From: Macrostomum lignano
Lineage: Eukaryota
DNA: 64,000 nucleotides
Assembly (NCBI GenBank): GCA_002269645.1
Contig: NIVC01002971.1
Location: 62,001-126,000, forward strand
Direction of reading: 5' to 3'
The notes under the pieces were generated by a model. It was not told the origin of the DNA and ran no database searches. It worked only from the letters and a program-made list of their open reading frames with translations. The stretch's first letter is position 1; every line of letters begins with the position of its first letter. Shown here one piece after another: positions 40,085 through 52,519 of this stretch. Position numbers and translations under genes: made by a program.

Positions 40085-42880
40085 GCATTGTAAATTCCCA
40101 TTCAGCATCATCCCCCTCTGCATCATCCCTCAGCATCATCCCCCCTCAGAATCATTATTTCCCCTCAGCAGCATCCCCCCTCTTAAATCATTAATTCCCC
40201 TCTGCATCACCCCCCTCAGAATCATCCCCCCTCAGAATCATTATTTTCCCTCAGCATCATCCCCCGCAGAATCATTATTTTCCCTCAGCATCATCCCCCC
40301 TCAGAATCATTATTTTCCCTCAGCATCATCCCCCCTCAGAATCATTATTTTCCCTCAGCATCATCCCCTCTCAGAATCATTATTTTCCCTCAGCATCATC
40401 CCCCCTCAGAATCATTATTTTACCTCAGAATCATCCCCCCTCAGAATCATTATTTTACCTCAGAATCATCCCCCCTCAGAATCATTATTTTCCTTCAGAA
40501 TCATCCCCCTCAGAATCATCCCCCCTCAGAATCATTATTTTCCCTCAGAATCATCCCCCTCAGAATCATTATTTTACCTCAGAATCATCCCCCCTCAGAA
40601 TCATTATTTTCCCTCAGAATCATCCCCCTCAGAATCATCCCCCCTCAGAATCATTATTTTCCCTCAGAATCATCCCCCTCAGAATCATTATTTTACCTAA
40701 GAATCATCCCCCCTCAGAATCATTATTTTCCCTCAGCATCATCCCCCCGCAGAATCATTATTTTCCCTCAGCATCATCCCCCCTCAGAATCATTATTTTC
40801 CCTCAGCATTTATTTTACCTCAGAATCATTATTTTACCTCAGAATCATTATTTTCCCTCAGCATCATCCCCCTCAGAATCATTATTTTACCTCAGAATCA
40901 CCCCCCTCAGAATCATTATTTTACCTCAGCATCATCCCCCCTCAGAATCATTATTTTCCTTCAGAATCATCCCCCTCAGAATCATCCCCCCTCAGAATCA
41001 TTATTTTCCCTCAGAATCATCCCCCTCAGAATCATTATTTTACCTCAGAATCATCCCCCTCAGAATCATTATTTTCCCTCAGAATCATCCCCCTCAGAAT
41101 CATCCCCCCTCAGAATCATTATTTTCCCTCAGAATCATCCCCCTCAGAATCATTATTTTACCTAAGAATCATCCCCCCTCAGAATCATTATTTTCCCTCA
41201 GCATCATCCCCCGCAGAATCATTATTTTCCCTCAGCATCATCCCCCCTCAGAATCATTATTTTCCCTCAGCATTTATTTTACCTCAGAATCATTATTTTA
41301 CCTCAGAATCATTATTTTCCCTCAGCATCATCCCCCTCAGAATCATTATTTTACCTCAGAATCACCCCCCTCAGAATCATTATTTTACCTCAGCATCATC
41401 CCCCCTCAGAATCATTATTTTCCCTCAGAATCATCCCCCCTCAGAATCATTATTTTCCCTCAGAATCATCCCCCCGCAGAATCATTATTTTCCCTCAGCA
41501 TCATCCCCCCTCAGAATCATTATTTTCCCTCAGAATCATCCCCCCTCAGAATCATTATTTTCCCTCAGCATCATCCCCTCTCAGAATCATTATTTTCCCT
41601 CAGAATCATCCCCCCTCAGAATCATTATTTTACCTCAGAATCATCCCCCCTCAGAATCATTATTTTCCCTCAGAATCATGCCCCTCAGAATCATCCCCCC
41701 TCAGAATCATTATTTTCCCTCAGAATCATCCCCCTCAGAATCATTATTTTACCTCAGAATCATCCCCCCTCAGAATCATTATTTTCCCTCAGAATCATCC
41801 CCCTCAGAATCATTATTTTACCTCAGAATCATCCCCCCTCAGAATCATTATTTTACCTCAGAATCATCCCCCCTCAGAATCATTATTTTCCCTCAGAATC
41901 ATCCCCCTCAGAATCATCCCCCTCAGAATCATTATTTTCCCTCAGAATCATCCCCCCTCAGAATCATTATTTTACCTCAGAATCATCCCCCCTCAAAATC
42001 ATTATTTTCCCTCAGAATCATCCCCCCTCAGAATCATTATTTTACCTCAGAATCATCCCCCCTCAGAATCATCCCCCCTCAGAATCATCCCCCCTCAGAA
42101 TCATCCCCCCTCAGAATCATCCCCCCTCAGAATCATCCCCCCTCAGAATCATTATTTTCCCTCAGAATCATCCCCCCTCAGAATCATTATTTTCCCTCAG
42201 AATCATTATTTTCCCTCAGAATCATCCCCCTCAGAATCATTATTTTACCTCAGAATCATTATTTTACCTCAGAATCATTATTTTACCTCAGAATCATTAT
42301 TTTACCTCAGAATCATCCCCCTCAGAATCATCCCCCCTCAGAATCATTATTTTCCCTCAGAATCATTATTTTCCCTCAGAATCATTATTTTACCTCAGAA
42401 TCATTATTTTACCTCAGAATCATTATTTTCCCTCAGCATCATCCCCCTCAGAATCATTATTTTACCTCAGAATCACCCCCCTCAGAATCATTATTTTACC
42501 TCAGAATCATCCCCCTCAGAATCATTATTTTACCTCAGCATCATCCCCCCTCAGAATCATTATTTTCCCTCAGAATCATCCCCCTCAGAATCATTATTTT
42601 ACCTCAGAATCACCCCCCTCAGAATCATTATTTTACCTCAGCATCATCCCCCCTCAGAATCATTATTTTTCCTCAGAATCATCCCCCTCAGAATCATTAT
42701 TTTACCTCAGAATCATCCCCCTCAGAATCATTATTTTACCTCGGAATCATCCCCCTCAGAATCATTATTTTACCTCAGCATCATCCCCCCTCAGAATCAA
42801 TTTTTTTCCTCAGAATCATCCCCCTCAGAATCATTATTTTACCTCGGAATCATCCCCCTCAGAATCATTATTTTCCCATA
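40085..42880. repeat. ~2.8-kb minisatellite mosaic of two monomers, CTCAGAATCATCCCCC(C) and CTCAGAATCATTATTTT(C/A)C
   Basis: Directly visible. Confidence 0.97.
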
Positions 42881-43109
42881 TAATGCCTTGAGACGCGCCC
42901 TGTGACACTAGAGACTATCCAGTGTACTTTGTTGTTGTTTCCCTCAGAATCATTATTCCCCTCAGCATGATTCCCTAAGGTACAACCTGCAGGTGCAGGT
43001 ATTTATTGGTGATCATCTTAAAGCGTCACACTCGTTCGTTCTTCGCTACGTAGAAGTTGAGCAGCTCGTCGGAAAAAAAGCTCTTTTTAGACCTAGACCT
43101 TAGACCTTT

Positions 43110-43512
43110 TAGTCTTTGGCCGGACCCAAGTGAAAAGGGAATTCGGTTCTGCAGTCTATGGCCGGACCCAAGTGGGAAAGATGCAGTCTATGGCCGGACC
43201 CAAGTGGGGAAAAACGGTTCTGCAGTCTATGGCCGGACCCAAGTGGGGAAAAACGGTTCTGCAGTCTATGGCCGGACCCAAGTGGGGAAAAACGGTTCTG
43301 CAGTCTATGACCGGACCCAAGTGGGGAAAAACGGTTCTGCAGTCTATGGCCGGACCCAAGTGGGGAAAAACGGTTCTGCAGTCTATGGCCGGACCCAAGT
43401 GGGGAAAAACGGTTCTGCAGTCTATGGCCGGACCCAAGTGGGGAAAAACGGTTCTGCAGTCTATGGCCGGACCCAAGTGGGGAAAATGCACACTCTATGG
43501 CCGGACCCAAGT
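43110..43512. repeat. 39-bp tandem repeat GGTTCTGCAGTCTATGGCCGGACCCAAGTGGGGAAAAAC, 11 core copies
   Basis: Directly visible; no spacers. Confidence 0.96.
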
Positions 43513-43924
43513 GAGAAAGAAATACCACCTAGAGCAAGCTGTACTTACAATGCCATAATTCGGTTAGCTTTAAAGTGCAAGCGAAATCTGTGACAAAAAG
43601 CGACAGCAATAGCAAAATCAAAGACAGAGAGAGAGAATGCAAAGCCGTGAATTATGTTTGGACGGTGCCCAAATTAGAGTCATTAACATGCAATGCCGCC
43701 TAAAAGCAGTGCGCCAGAGCAGCTTGAAAAGCTTTTAAATGTAAAAGCTTCATTCCTGATTAGAAGGCATGACGTCATGCAGGCTCAAACTGATTTCACA
43801 CGTGCCTTACTGGCTAATCTTGCGCATAGTTGTCGACCTTTGCTTAGCGACTCGGATCCTGAGCCTCCCGTCTTGAGTAAAGACAAATTTACTGTGTTCA
43901 AGCAAGACTATCCTCAGTTGCTGG

Positions 43925-44345
43925 TGCCCCCTCAAATAAAATGGCGCCCTCTAAAAATGAAATAGCGCCCTCTCAAAATAAAATGGCGCCCTCTAAAAAT
44001 GAAATAGCGCCCTCTAAAAATGGAATGGCGCCCTCTCAAAATAAAATGGCGCCCTCTAAAAATGAAATAGCGCCCTCTAAAAATGGAATGGCGCCCTCTC
44101 AAAATAAAATAGCGCCCTCTCAAAATGGGATGGTGCCCTCTCAAAATAAAATGGCACCCTCTAAAAATGAAATTGCGCCCTCTCAAAATAGAATGGCGCC
44201 CTCTCAAAATGAAATAGCGCACCTATAATGAAATAACGCCCTTAAAGTGAAATGGCGCCCCTCAAAAGAAATGGCGCCTCCCAAAAGTAAATGGTAGCCT
44301 CCTCGAATGAAATGGTGCCTCCCCTCAACAGAAATGGAGCCCCCT
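43925..44345. repeat. 21-bp tandem repeat AAATGGCGCCCTCTCAAAATA, degenerating rightwards
   Basis: Directly visible. Confidence 0.93.
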
Positions 44346-44914
44346 CAGATAAAAATCAACAGAAAAAGCGCTGCCTGCATAAATCTGCATAAAACCCATC
44401 CAAGTAATCTCCGCATTTTCGACAGCTGTAGCCCTTCTCTGTAGCTTTAGTGCCATTCGACCGCCGCAGGACAAAGATCTGGGCATAGAATTTATACAGC
44501 CTCTTTAAGCCGGAAACCCTCAATCAGGACCGAAGTCCCTGAAGACAAGATGCAACCCTATAATTAAATTTGAAGCAATTACGGGCACAAACAAAACTTT
44601 CATTGCGATGGCTGAGTCTTGCGCGCAAGTTATGCGACCCTCGAGTCCCAGGACCGCGTCTCTCGAAGTAGCAGCAGTTAATTGCCGAGCCGAAATCCGA
44701 ATTAGGAAACTTTTATTTTTGTGCCTGAAGAGCACTTTGCTCGGATGTCGTGACGTCTCGGCTTCGATGCCTGAAAGCGAATAAACGAATTGGATTCTCA
44801 GAACTGAACGCTGCCTTCTTCGTGCTGCGCTAGCCGGATTGTGAGTTAACGCATGGGCTGTCAAATGCATTTAGAGGCGAAAAAGTTTACTGGGCACACT
44901 CTAATTAGCGTTAC

Positions 44915-46835
<1,921 letters not shown>

Positions 46836-47154
46836 TTTGCAACAGGCGAAGCAAAAGAACTTGGCAGTTTTTTTGTTGCAAAAAACACATTTTTTATATT
46901 TGCGAATCGGGTGAAGAACTTTATCGGCGCGCTGCCATTGCAGTCGGGACAGTTTCTAAACCTACTGTAATTGTTATTTTAATTCGAATGAAAAAAACAG
47001 CTCTCCATTGCTATCTATTTATTTGAAGCGGTTAAAATGTAACAAAAATTATTTGACAAGGTACGCGTGTGTTACAAGCTATGAATACGGTTATTGTTTT
47101 TTTCTTATTTCAGTTCAATAAGGTCTCTAACCTTATTTTTTATCATAAATTTTG

Positions 47155-47545
47155 TAGTTCACTCCTGGAGCTGCAAGTGGTTCACTCCTACTGTTCTTGT
47201 CGTTCACTCTTACTATTATTGTAGTTCACTCCTACTAGTCTTGTAGTTCACTCTTACTATTCTTTAGTTCACTCCTACTGTTTTTGTAGTTCACTCCTAC
47301 TGTTCTTGTAGCTCACTCTTACTATTCTTGTAGTTCGCTCTTACTATTCTTGTAGTTCGCTCTTACTATTCTTGTAGTTCACTCTGACTATTCTTGTAGT
47401 TCACTCTTATTATTCTTGTAGTTCACTCTGACTATTCTTGTAGTGCACTCTTATTATTCTTGTAGTTCACTCTGACTATTCTTGTAGTTCACTCTTACTA
47501 TTCTTGTAGTTCACTCCTACTACTCTTTTAGTTCACTCCTTCTTG
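47155..47545. repeat. 22-bp minisatellite GTAGTTCACTCTTACTATTCTT immediately 3' of the GPCR
   Basis: Directly visible. Confidence 0.93.
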
Positions 47546-47573
47546 CAGTTCACTCCGCCAGTTATTAAGCAGT

Positions 47574-48854
47574 TCAATTTCCCCGCCAGGACTTCACTCT
47601 CTCGGTCGTGGCTGCTGCTGCATGCTGCTGCTGCTGCATTTCGTTCCGGCTGCTGAAGTTCCAGCTCTGCAGCGCCACCAGCTCGCCGCAGCTGCCCCGC
47701 CTCGACTGTCCAAGTCCGCCGCCGCCGCCGTTTCCGTTGCCTCCAGCGGTGCCACCAGCAGTGCCATCAGCCGCCGGGGAGCTGTTCAGCTTGCTGCAGC
47801 CGGCGCGCAGAGCCCTGCGGAAGCTCCTGCTGTACCGCGTCAGGATGAGGAAGTTCAGGCAGGAGTCCACGGGGACAAAGGCCAGGCCCAAGTTCGCCAG
47901 GCACTCCATCCACTCCAGGTCCACCTCCAGCTCGGGCAGCGGTCTCGAGGTGCACAGGATGTACACCACGGTGACGATGTGCATCACGGCGAACGGCAGC
48001 TCGCAGACGACGAAGCCGAGCGACAGCAGCAGGACGAGCTTGCAGGAGCGCCTGGCCGCGGCCCGGTTGAACGCCCGGCCCAGCAGCGCCGCGGCCATCC
48101 GAGCGCCCATGCCCGCGATGAAGGCGCCCGGCAGGATGCTGCCGAGGAACATCACGACGGCGTAGCGGATCAGCGTCGGCCGCAGCGCCTCACGAAGCGC
48201 TCGGCCCTCGGCGCGGCCGAAAGCGTCCGCCGGCTGAGACCGGTTGACGACTTGCTCAACAGCGGCGGCAGCGGCGGCGGTGGCGTCGGGAGCCAACTGG
48301 ATGACGCTCTGGTTGACCAGCTGCACCGGCATCTTTCCGGGGGCGGTGGCGGCGGCGCTCAGCCAGACAACGGCGGTAACCATGACAACGATGCCAATCA
48401 GGGTCTGTGCTTGGCGACGGGCGCCGAAGAATACGCCGGCCTGAGCGGCACGGAACGGCTGCACGATGACTATGAGGCGGCAGGCCGTGATGGCCAGCAG
48501 CCAATAGTTCCTGATGGCGTGCAGCGTGTGGAAGCCGGACTCCAGGTGCAGCCGGCCGGAGGCGCGGTACACGATGAGGAAGCAGACCAAGAAGAGGCTG
48601 AGGGCGATCTCGGAGCCGGTGAGCACCAGCAAGCTGTTCGTCTTGCCGTGCCGCGACGCCTGGCGCTTCTGCGTGAGCGCCCGCAGCAGGTAGGCGTTGA
48701 GCAACACGGCGAACAGGGCGAAGGCCAGGGTGAGGCTCCAGGTGACTTCTTCGAAGGGCGGAGTGGATGGCCGCGGGTCGAACAGACTCTGACCGGTCGA
48801 GTTGGCGAGTTGCTGTCCCATCGAGAGCAGCAGCTGCTCGGGTGCCTGCTGCAT
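47574..48854 (-). CDS. Intronless rhodopsin-like (class A) GPCR, peptide-receptor-like/orphan, 426 aa from the first ATG
   Basis: Seven hydrophobic segments; TM1 Asn (AVLLNAYLL), TM3 end ITACRLIVIVQPF (ERF/DRY position), TM5 ILPG, TM6 FVVCELPF, TM7 DSCLNFLIL, helix 8 SRSFRRAL. The ORF-track start at 48971 is TTG; the first ATG is at 48854. Confidence 0.88.
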   Translation of the reverse strand: MQQAPEQLLLSMGQQLANSTGQSLFDPRPSTPPFEEVTWSLTLAFALFAVLLNAYLLRALTQKRQASRHGKTNSLLVLTGSEIALSLFLVCFLIVYRASGRLHLESGFHTLHAIRNYWLLAITACRLIVIVQPFRAAQAGVFFGARRQAQTLIGIVVMVTAVVWLSAAATAPGKMPVQLVNQSVIQLAPDATAAAAAAVEQVVNRSQPADAFGRAEGRALREALRPTLIRYAVVMFLGSILPGAFIAGMGARMAAALLGRAFNRAAARRSCKLVLLLSLGFVVCELPFAVMHIVTVVYILCTSRPLPELEVDLEWMECLANLGLAFVPVDSCLNFLILTRYSRSFRRALRAGCSKLNSSPAADGTAGGTAGGNGNGGGGGLGQSRRGSCGELVALQSWNFSSRNEMQQQQHAAAATTERVKSWRGN

Positions 48855-49249
48855 AATCAGTTTTGCATCAGTACTTCCGGGATGCGAAGCTGAAGAGCGG
48901 CTTGAAGAGGGGACGGCGCAGCAGGTGACGACTTTTCCGTCTATATTTGGGCTTTTAAGGCTCAGAACCAATTCCTTCTGATTGGCTGCTCAAGCCCTTC
49001 TCCTTGTTCTCTGAGAAACCAGACAAGCAGACGTCAGGACAGAGAGTCTCTACGCCTCTACCGTTTGTTCTGTAATCAATCGTATTGACAGGTGGATACC
49101 TAGAGACAGCTCATTTTTTAGTTTATAGGATTTTATAGGATCTCTAAACTTCACAAATATTCCCCCAATGTAACTTTTCCAATCTTAGAAATAAAAAATT
49201 ATTTGGGTTTTGATGGCTGTGAAGTTTGGGGACGGTGACAGCACCGATA

Positions 49250-49527
49250 TAGTTATGGCAGACTTGCTACCGACAGCTCAGCCGCAGCTATTGAGCAGCG
49301 CAACCAAAGGCTGCGCACGGCTCTTCAGTCCAAGGACCAGGGAGTCGCCACACACCCTCAATTACCCCAGTTAATGCTGGTACCCTTTTACAGCTGGTTG
49401 AGCTGTAAAATGCAATGTGAGATTTAAATGTCTTGCTCAAAGAAACAAATTGTTCCGAATGGATCGAGAAACGAATCTCAGGCCTTTCTGTCATGAGTCC
49501 GACGCTCTGCCCACTTGGCTACAACCC
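49250..49527 (-). mobile_element. tRNA-derived CORE-type SINE, copy 2
   Basis: Minus-strand head GGGTTGTAGCCAAGTGGGCAGAGCGTCGGACTCATGAC...GAGATTCGTTTC, CORE-like TTGAGCAAGACATTTAAA; homologous to 11700-11967. Confidence 0.75.
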
Positions 49528-51475
49528 TCACTAGGCTACAACCCCACACTAGGCTACAGCTACAGCCCCTCACTAGGCTACAACCCCACACTAGGCTACA
49601 GCTACAGCCCCTCACTAGGCTACAACCCCACACTAGGCTACAGCTACAGCCCCTCACTAGGCTACAACCCCTAGGCTACTACCCCTCACTAGGCTACAAC
49701 CCCTCTAGGCTACTACAGGCTACCCCTCACTAGGCTACAACCCCACACTAGGCTACAGCTACAGCCCCTCACTAGGCTACAACCCCTCACTAGGCTACAG
49801 CTACAGCCCCTCACTAGGCTACAACCCCTCACTAGGCTACAACCCCACACTAGGCTACAGCTACAGCCCTCACTAGGCTACAACCCCTCACTAGGCTACA
49901 ACCCCTCACTAGGCTACAACCCCTCACTAGGCTACAACCCCTCACTAGGCTACAACCCCTCACTAGGCTACAACCCCTCACTAGGCTACAACCCCACACT
50001 AGGCTACAGCTACAGCCCCTCACTAGGCTACAACCCCTCACTAGGCTACAACCCCTCACTAGGCTACAATCCCACACTAGGCTACAACTCCCCCATTAGG
50101 CTACAACTCCCCCATTAGGCTACAACTCCCCCATTAGGCTAAAACTCCCCCATTAGGCTACAACCCCTCACTAGGCTACAATCCCACACTAGGCTACAAT
50201 CCCACACTAGGCTACAACCCCTCACTAGGCTACAACCCCACACTAGGCTAAAACCCCTCACTAGGCTAAAACCCCTCACTAGGCTACAACCCCTCACTAG
50301 GCTACAACCCCTCACTAGGCTACAACCCCTCACTAGGCTACAATCCCACACTAGGCTACAACTCCCCCATTAGGCTACAACTCCCCCATTAGGCTACAAC
50401 TCCCCCATTAGGCTACAACCCCTCACTAGGCTACAATCCCACACTAGGCTACAATCCCACACTAGGCTAAAACCCCTCACTAGGCTACAACCCCTCACTA
50501 GGCTACAACCCCTCACTAGGCTACAATCCCACACTAGGCTACAACTCCCCCATTAGGCTACAACTCCCCCATTAGGCTACAACTCCCCCATTAGACTACA
50601 ACTCCCCCATTAGGCTACAACCCCTCACTAGGCTACAACCCCTCACTAGGCTACAACCCCTCACTAGGCTACAACCCCTCACTAGGCTACAACCCCTCAC
50701 TAGGCTACAACCCCTCACTAGGCTACAACCCCACACTAGGCTACAGCTACAGCCCCTCACTAGGCTACAACCCCTCACTAGGCTACAACCCCTCACTAGG
50801 CTACAATCCCACACTAGGCTACAACTCCCCCATTAGGCTACAACTCCCCCATTAGGCTACAACCCCTCACTAGGCTACAATCCCACACTAGGCTACAATC
50901 CCACACTAGGCTACAACCCCTCACTAGGCTACAATCCCACACTAGGCTACAACCCCTCACTAGGCTACAACCCCACACTAGGCTAAAACCCCTCACTAGG
51001 CTAAAACCCCTCACTAGGCTACAACCCCTCACTAGGCTACAACCCCTCACTAGGCTACAACCCCTCACTAGGCTACAACCCCACACTAGGCTACAACTCC
51101 CCCATTAGGCTACAACTCCCCCATTAGGCTACAACTCCCCCATTAGGCTACAACCCCTCACTAGGCTACAATCCCACACTAGGCTACAATCCCACACTAG
51201 GCTACAACCCCTCACTAGGCTACAACCCCCCATTAGGCTACAACCCCTCACTAGGCTACAATCCCACACTAGGCTAAAACCCCTCACTAGGCTACAACCC
51301 CTCACTAGGCTACAACCCCTCACTAGGCTACAACCCCTCACTAGGCTACAATCCCACACTAGGCTACAACTCCCCCATTAGGCTACAACTCCCCCATTAG
51401 GCTACAACTCCCCCATTAGGCTACAACTCCCCCATTAGGCTACAACTCCCCCATTAGGCTACAACCCCTCACTAG
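49515..51475. repeat. ~2-kb minisatellite, 18-bp unit CACTAGGCTACAACCCCT with variants (~105-110 units)
   Basis: Directly visible; unit matches the SINE 5' end at 11951-11967. Confidence 0.97.
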
Positions 51476-52197
51476 TCACCCCTTAGCTACTGTATTAACG
51501 GACTGTCAGGATATTTTGAACAACCGCAAACTTTTTTCAAGCATGGGACACATGGGGCTGAATGAAGCCATGCTCAGAGTGGGTTACCGAGGAGCTTCTG
51601 GCTAAGAAATAAAAGTGAGAGAAAGCCTTTAAGACAAACAAGCATTTGACACAATAATTTCCTGTTGTTTGCGTGTTGACAACTCTTCTCCGCAATTCTA
51701 ATTACAAAGCAGAAGCCGCTTAGAATTCCTAGGAAATTTCCACAATAAATGGAAATTCTTTGAGTTTTCCTGACTGCCGTGCATCTCCTTTCAGCGCGCG
51801 GAAGCAAGGCTCAAAAATTGACACTTCTGTAGCTGTGTAGGCAACCTACCCTCCGCGCCGCCATGCTTAACGGCCAGTCCGATTCGAGGTCTCTCAAAAT
51901 ATCAGGAATCAGAACGTGACAAACAGCGATACTGCTTTTTTAAGCTGAATACAAAAAGCAGCGTTTTAAAATTCAAAATGAAACGAGGCTGCCCAAACAG
52001 AAGGACAAAGGGAGACAGGAGCGCCCAAAGTCCCTAAAGCTCCACCGCTGCCTTCCGCCAAACCGGATATGAATTTTCAATAATTCAGTGAAATTGCTTT
52101 CTCTGAATTGTGAAACATGATAACTGGCTGCTCCATGCCTCACTTCCATTGTTAATTAACATGCACATCTCATTCCAAGCGAAACAATGAAAATAAC

Positions 52198-52395
<198 letters not shown>

Positions 52396-52519
52396 ACTCT
52401 GTAACTCATCAGAACAGAAACTGTAAGCATGTGAAGTTTGTCTGCTTTTTCTGTTGTTTGTGCCACTCACTCACTCATTCCCCCCAGAGCCAGACCAAGG
52501 GTTAGCGATAGGGCTGAAT

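Noticed and set aside
41678-42883. 401-aa ORF (PQNHYF/LRII repeats)
   Set aside because: Lies wholly within the minisatellite; the ATG comes from one point variant.
43110-43512. CRISPR-like regular repeat
   Set aside because: Units are contiguous with no unique spacers, there are no cas genes, and the context is eukaryotic.
43693-43965. 90-aa ORF between two tandem arrays
   Set aside because: No recognisable motif; runs into the 21-bp repeat.
47622-48893. 423-aa plus-strand ORF antisense to the GPCR
   Set aside because: Expected shadow ORF from GC3-rich codon usage; no recognisable domain.
49440-49520. Functional tRNA-Met gene
   Set aside because: T-arm/B-box and acceptor stem are degenerate and the sequence continues into a CORE-like SINE body; treated as a SINE head.
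51855-51920. Strong Kozak GCCGCCATG followed by a short open frame
   Set aside because: No convincing donor or downstream exon; insufficient support.
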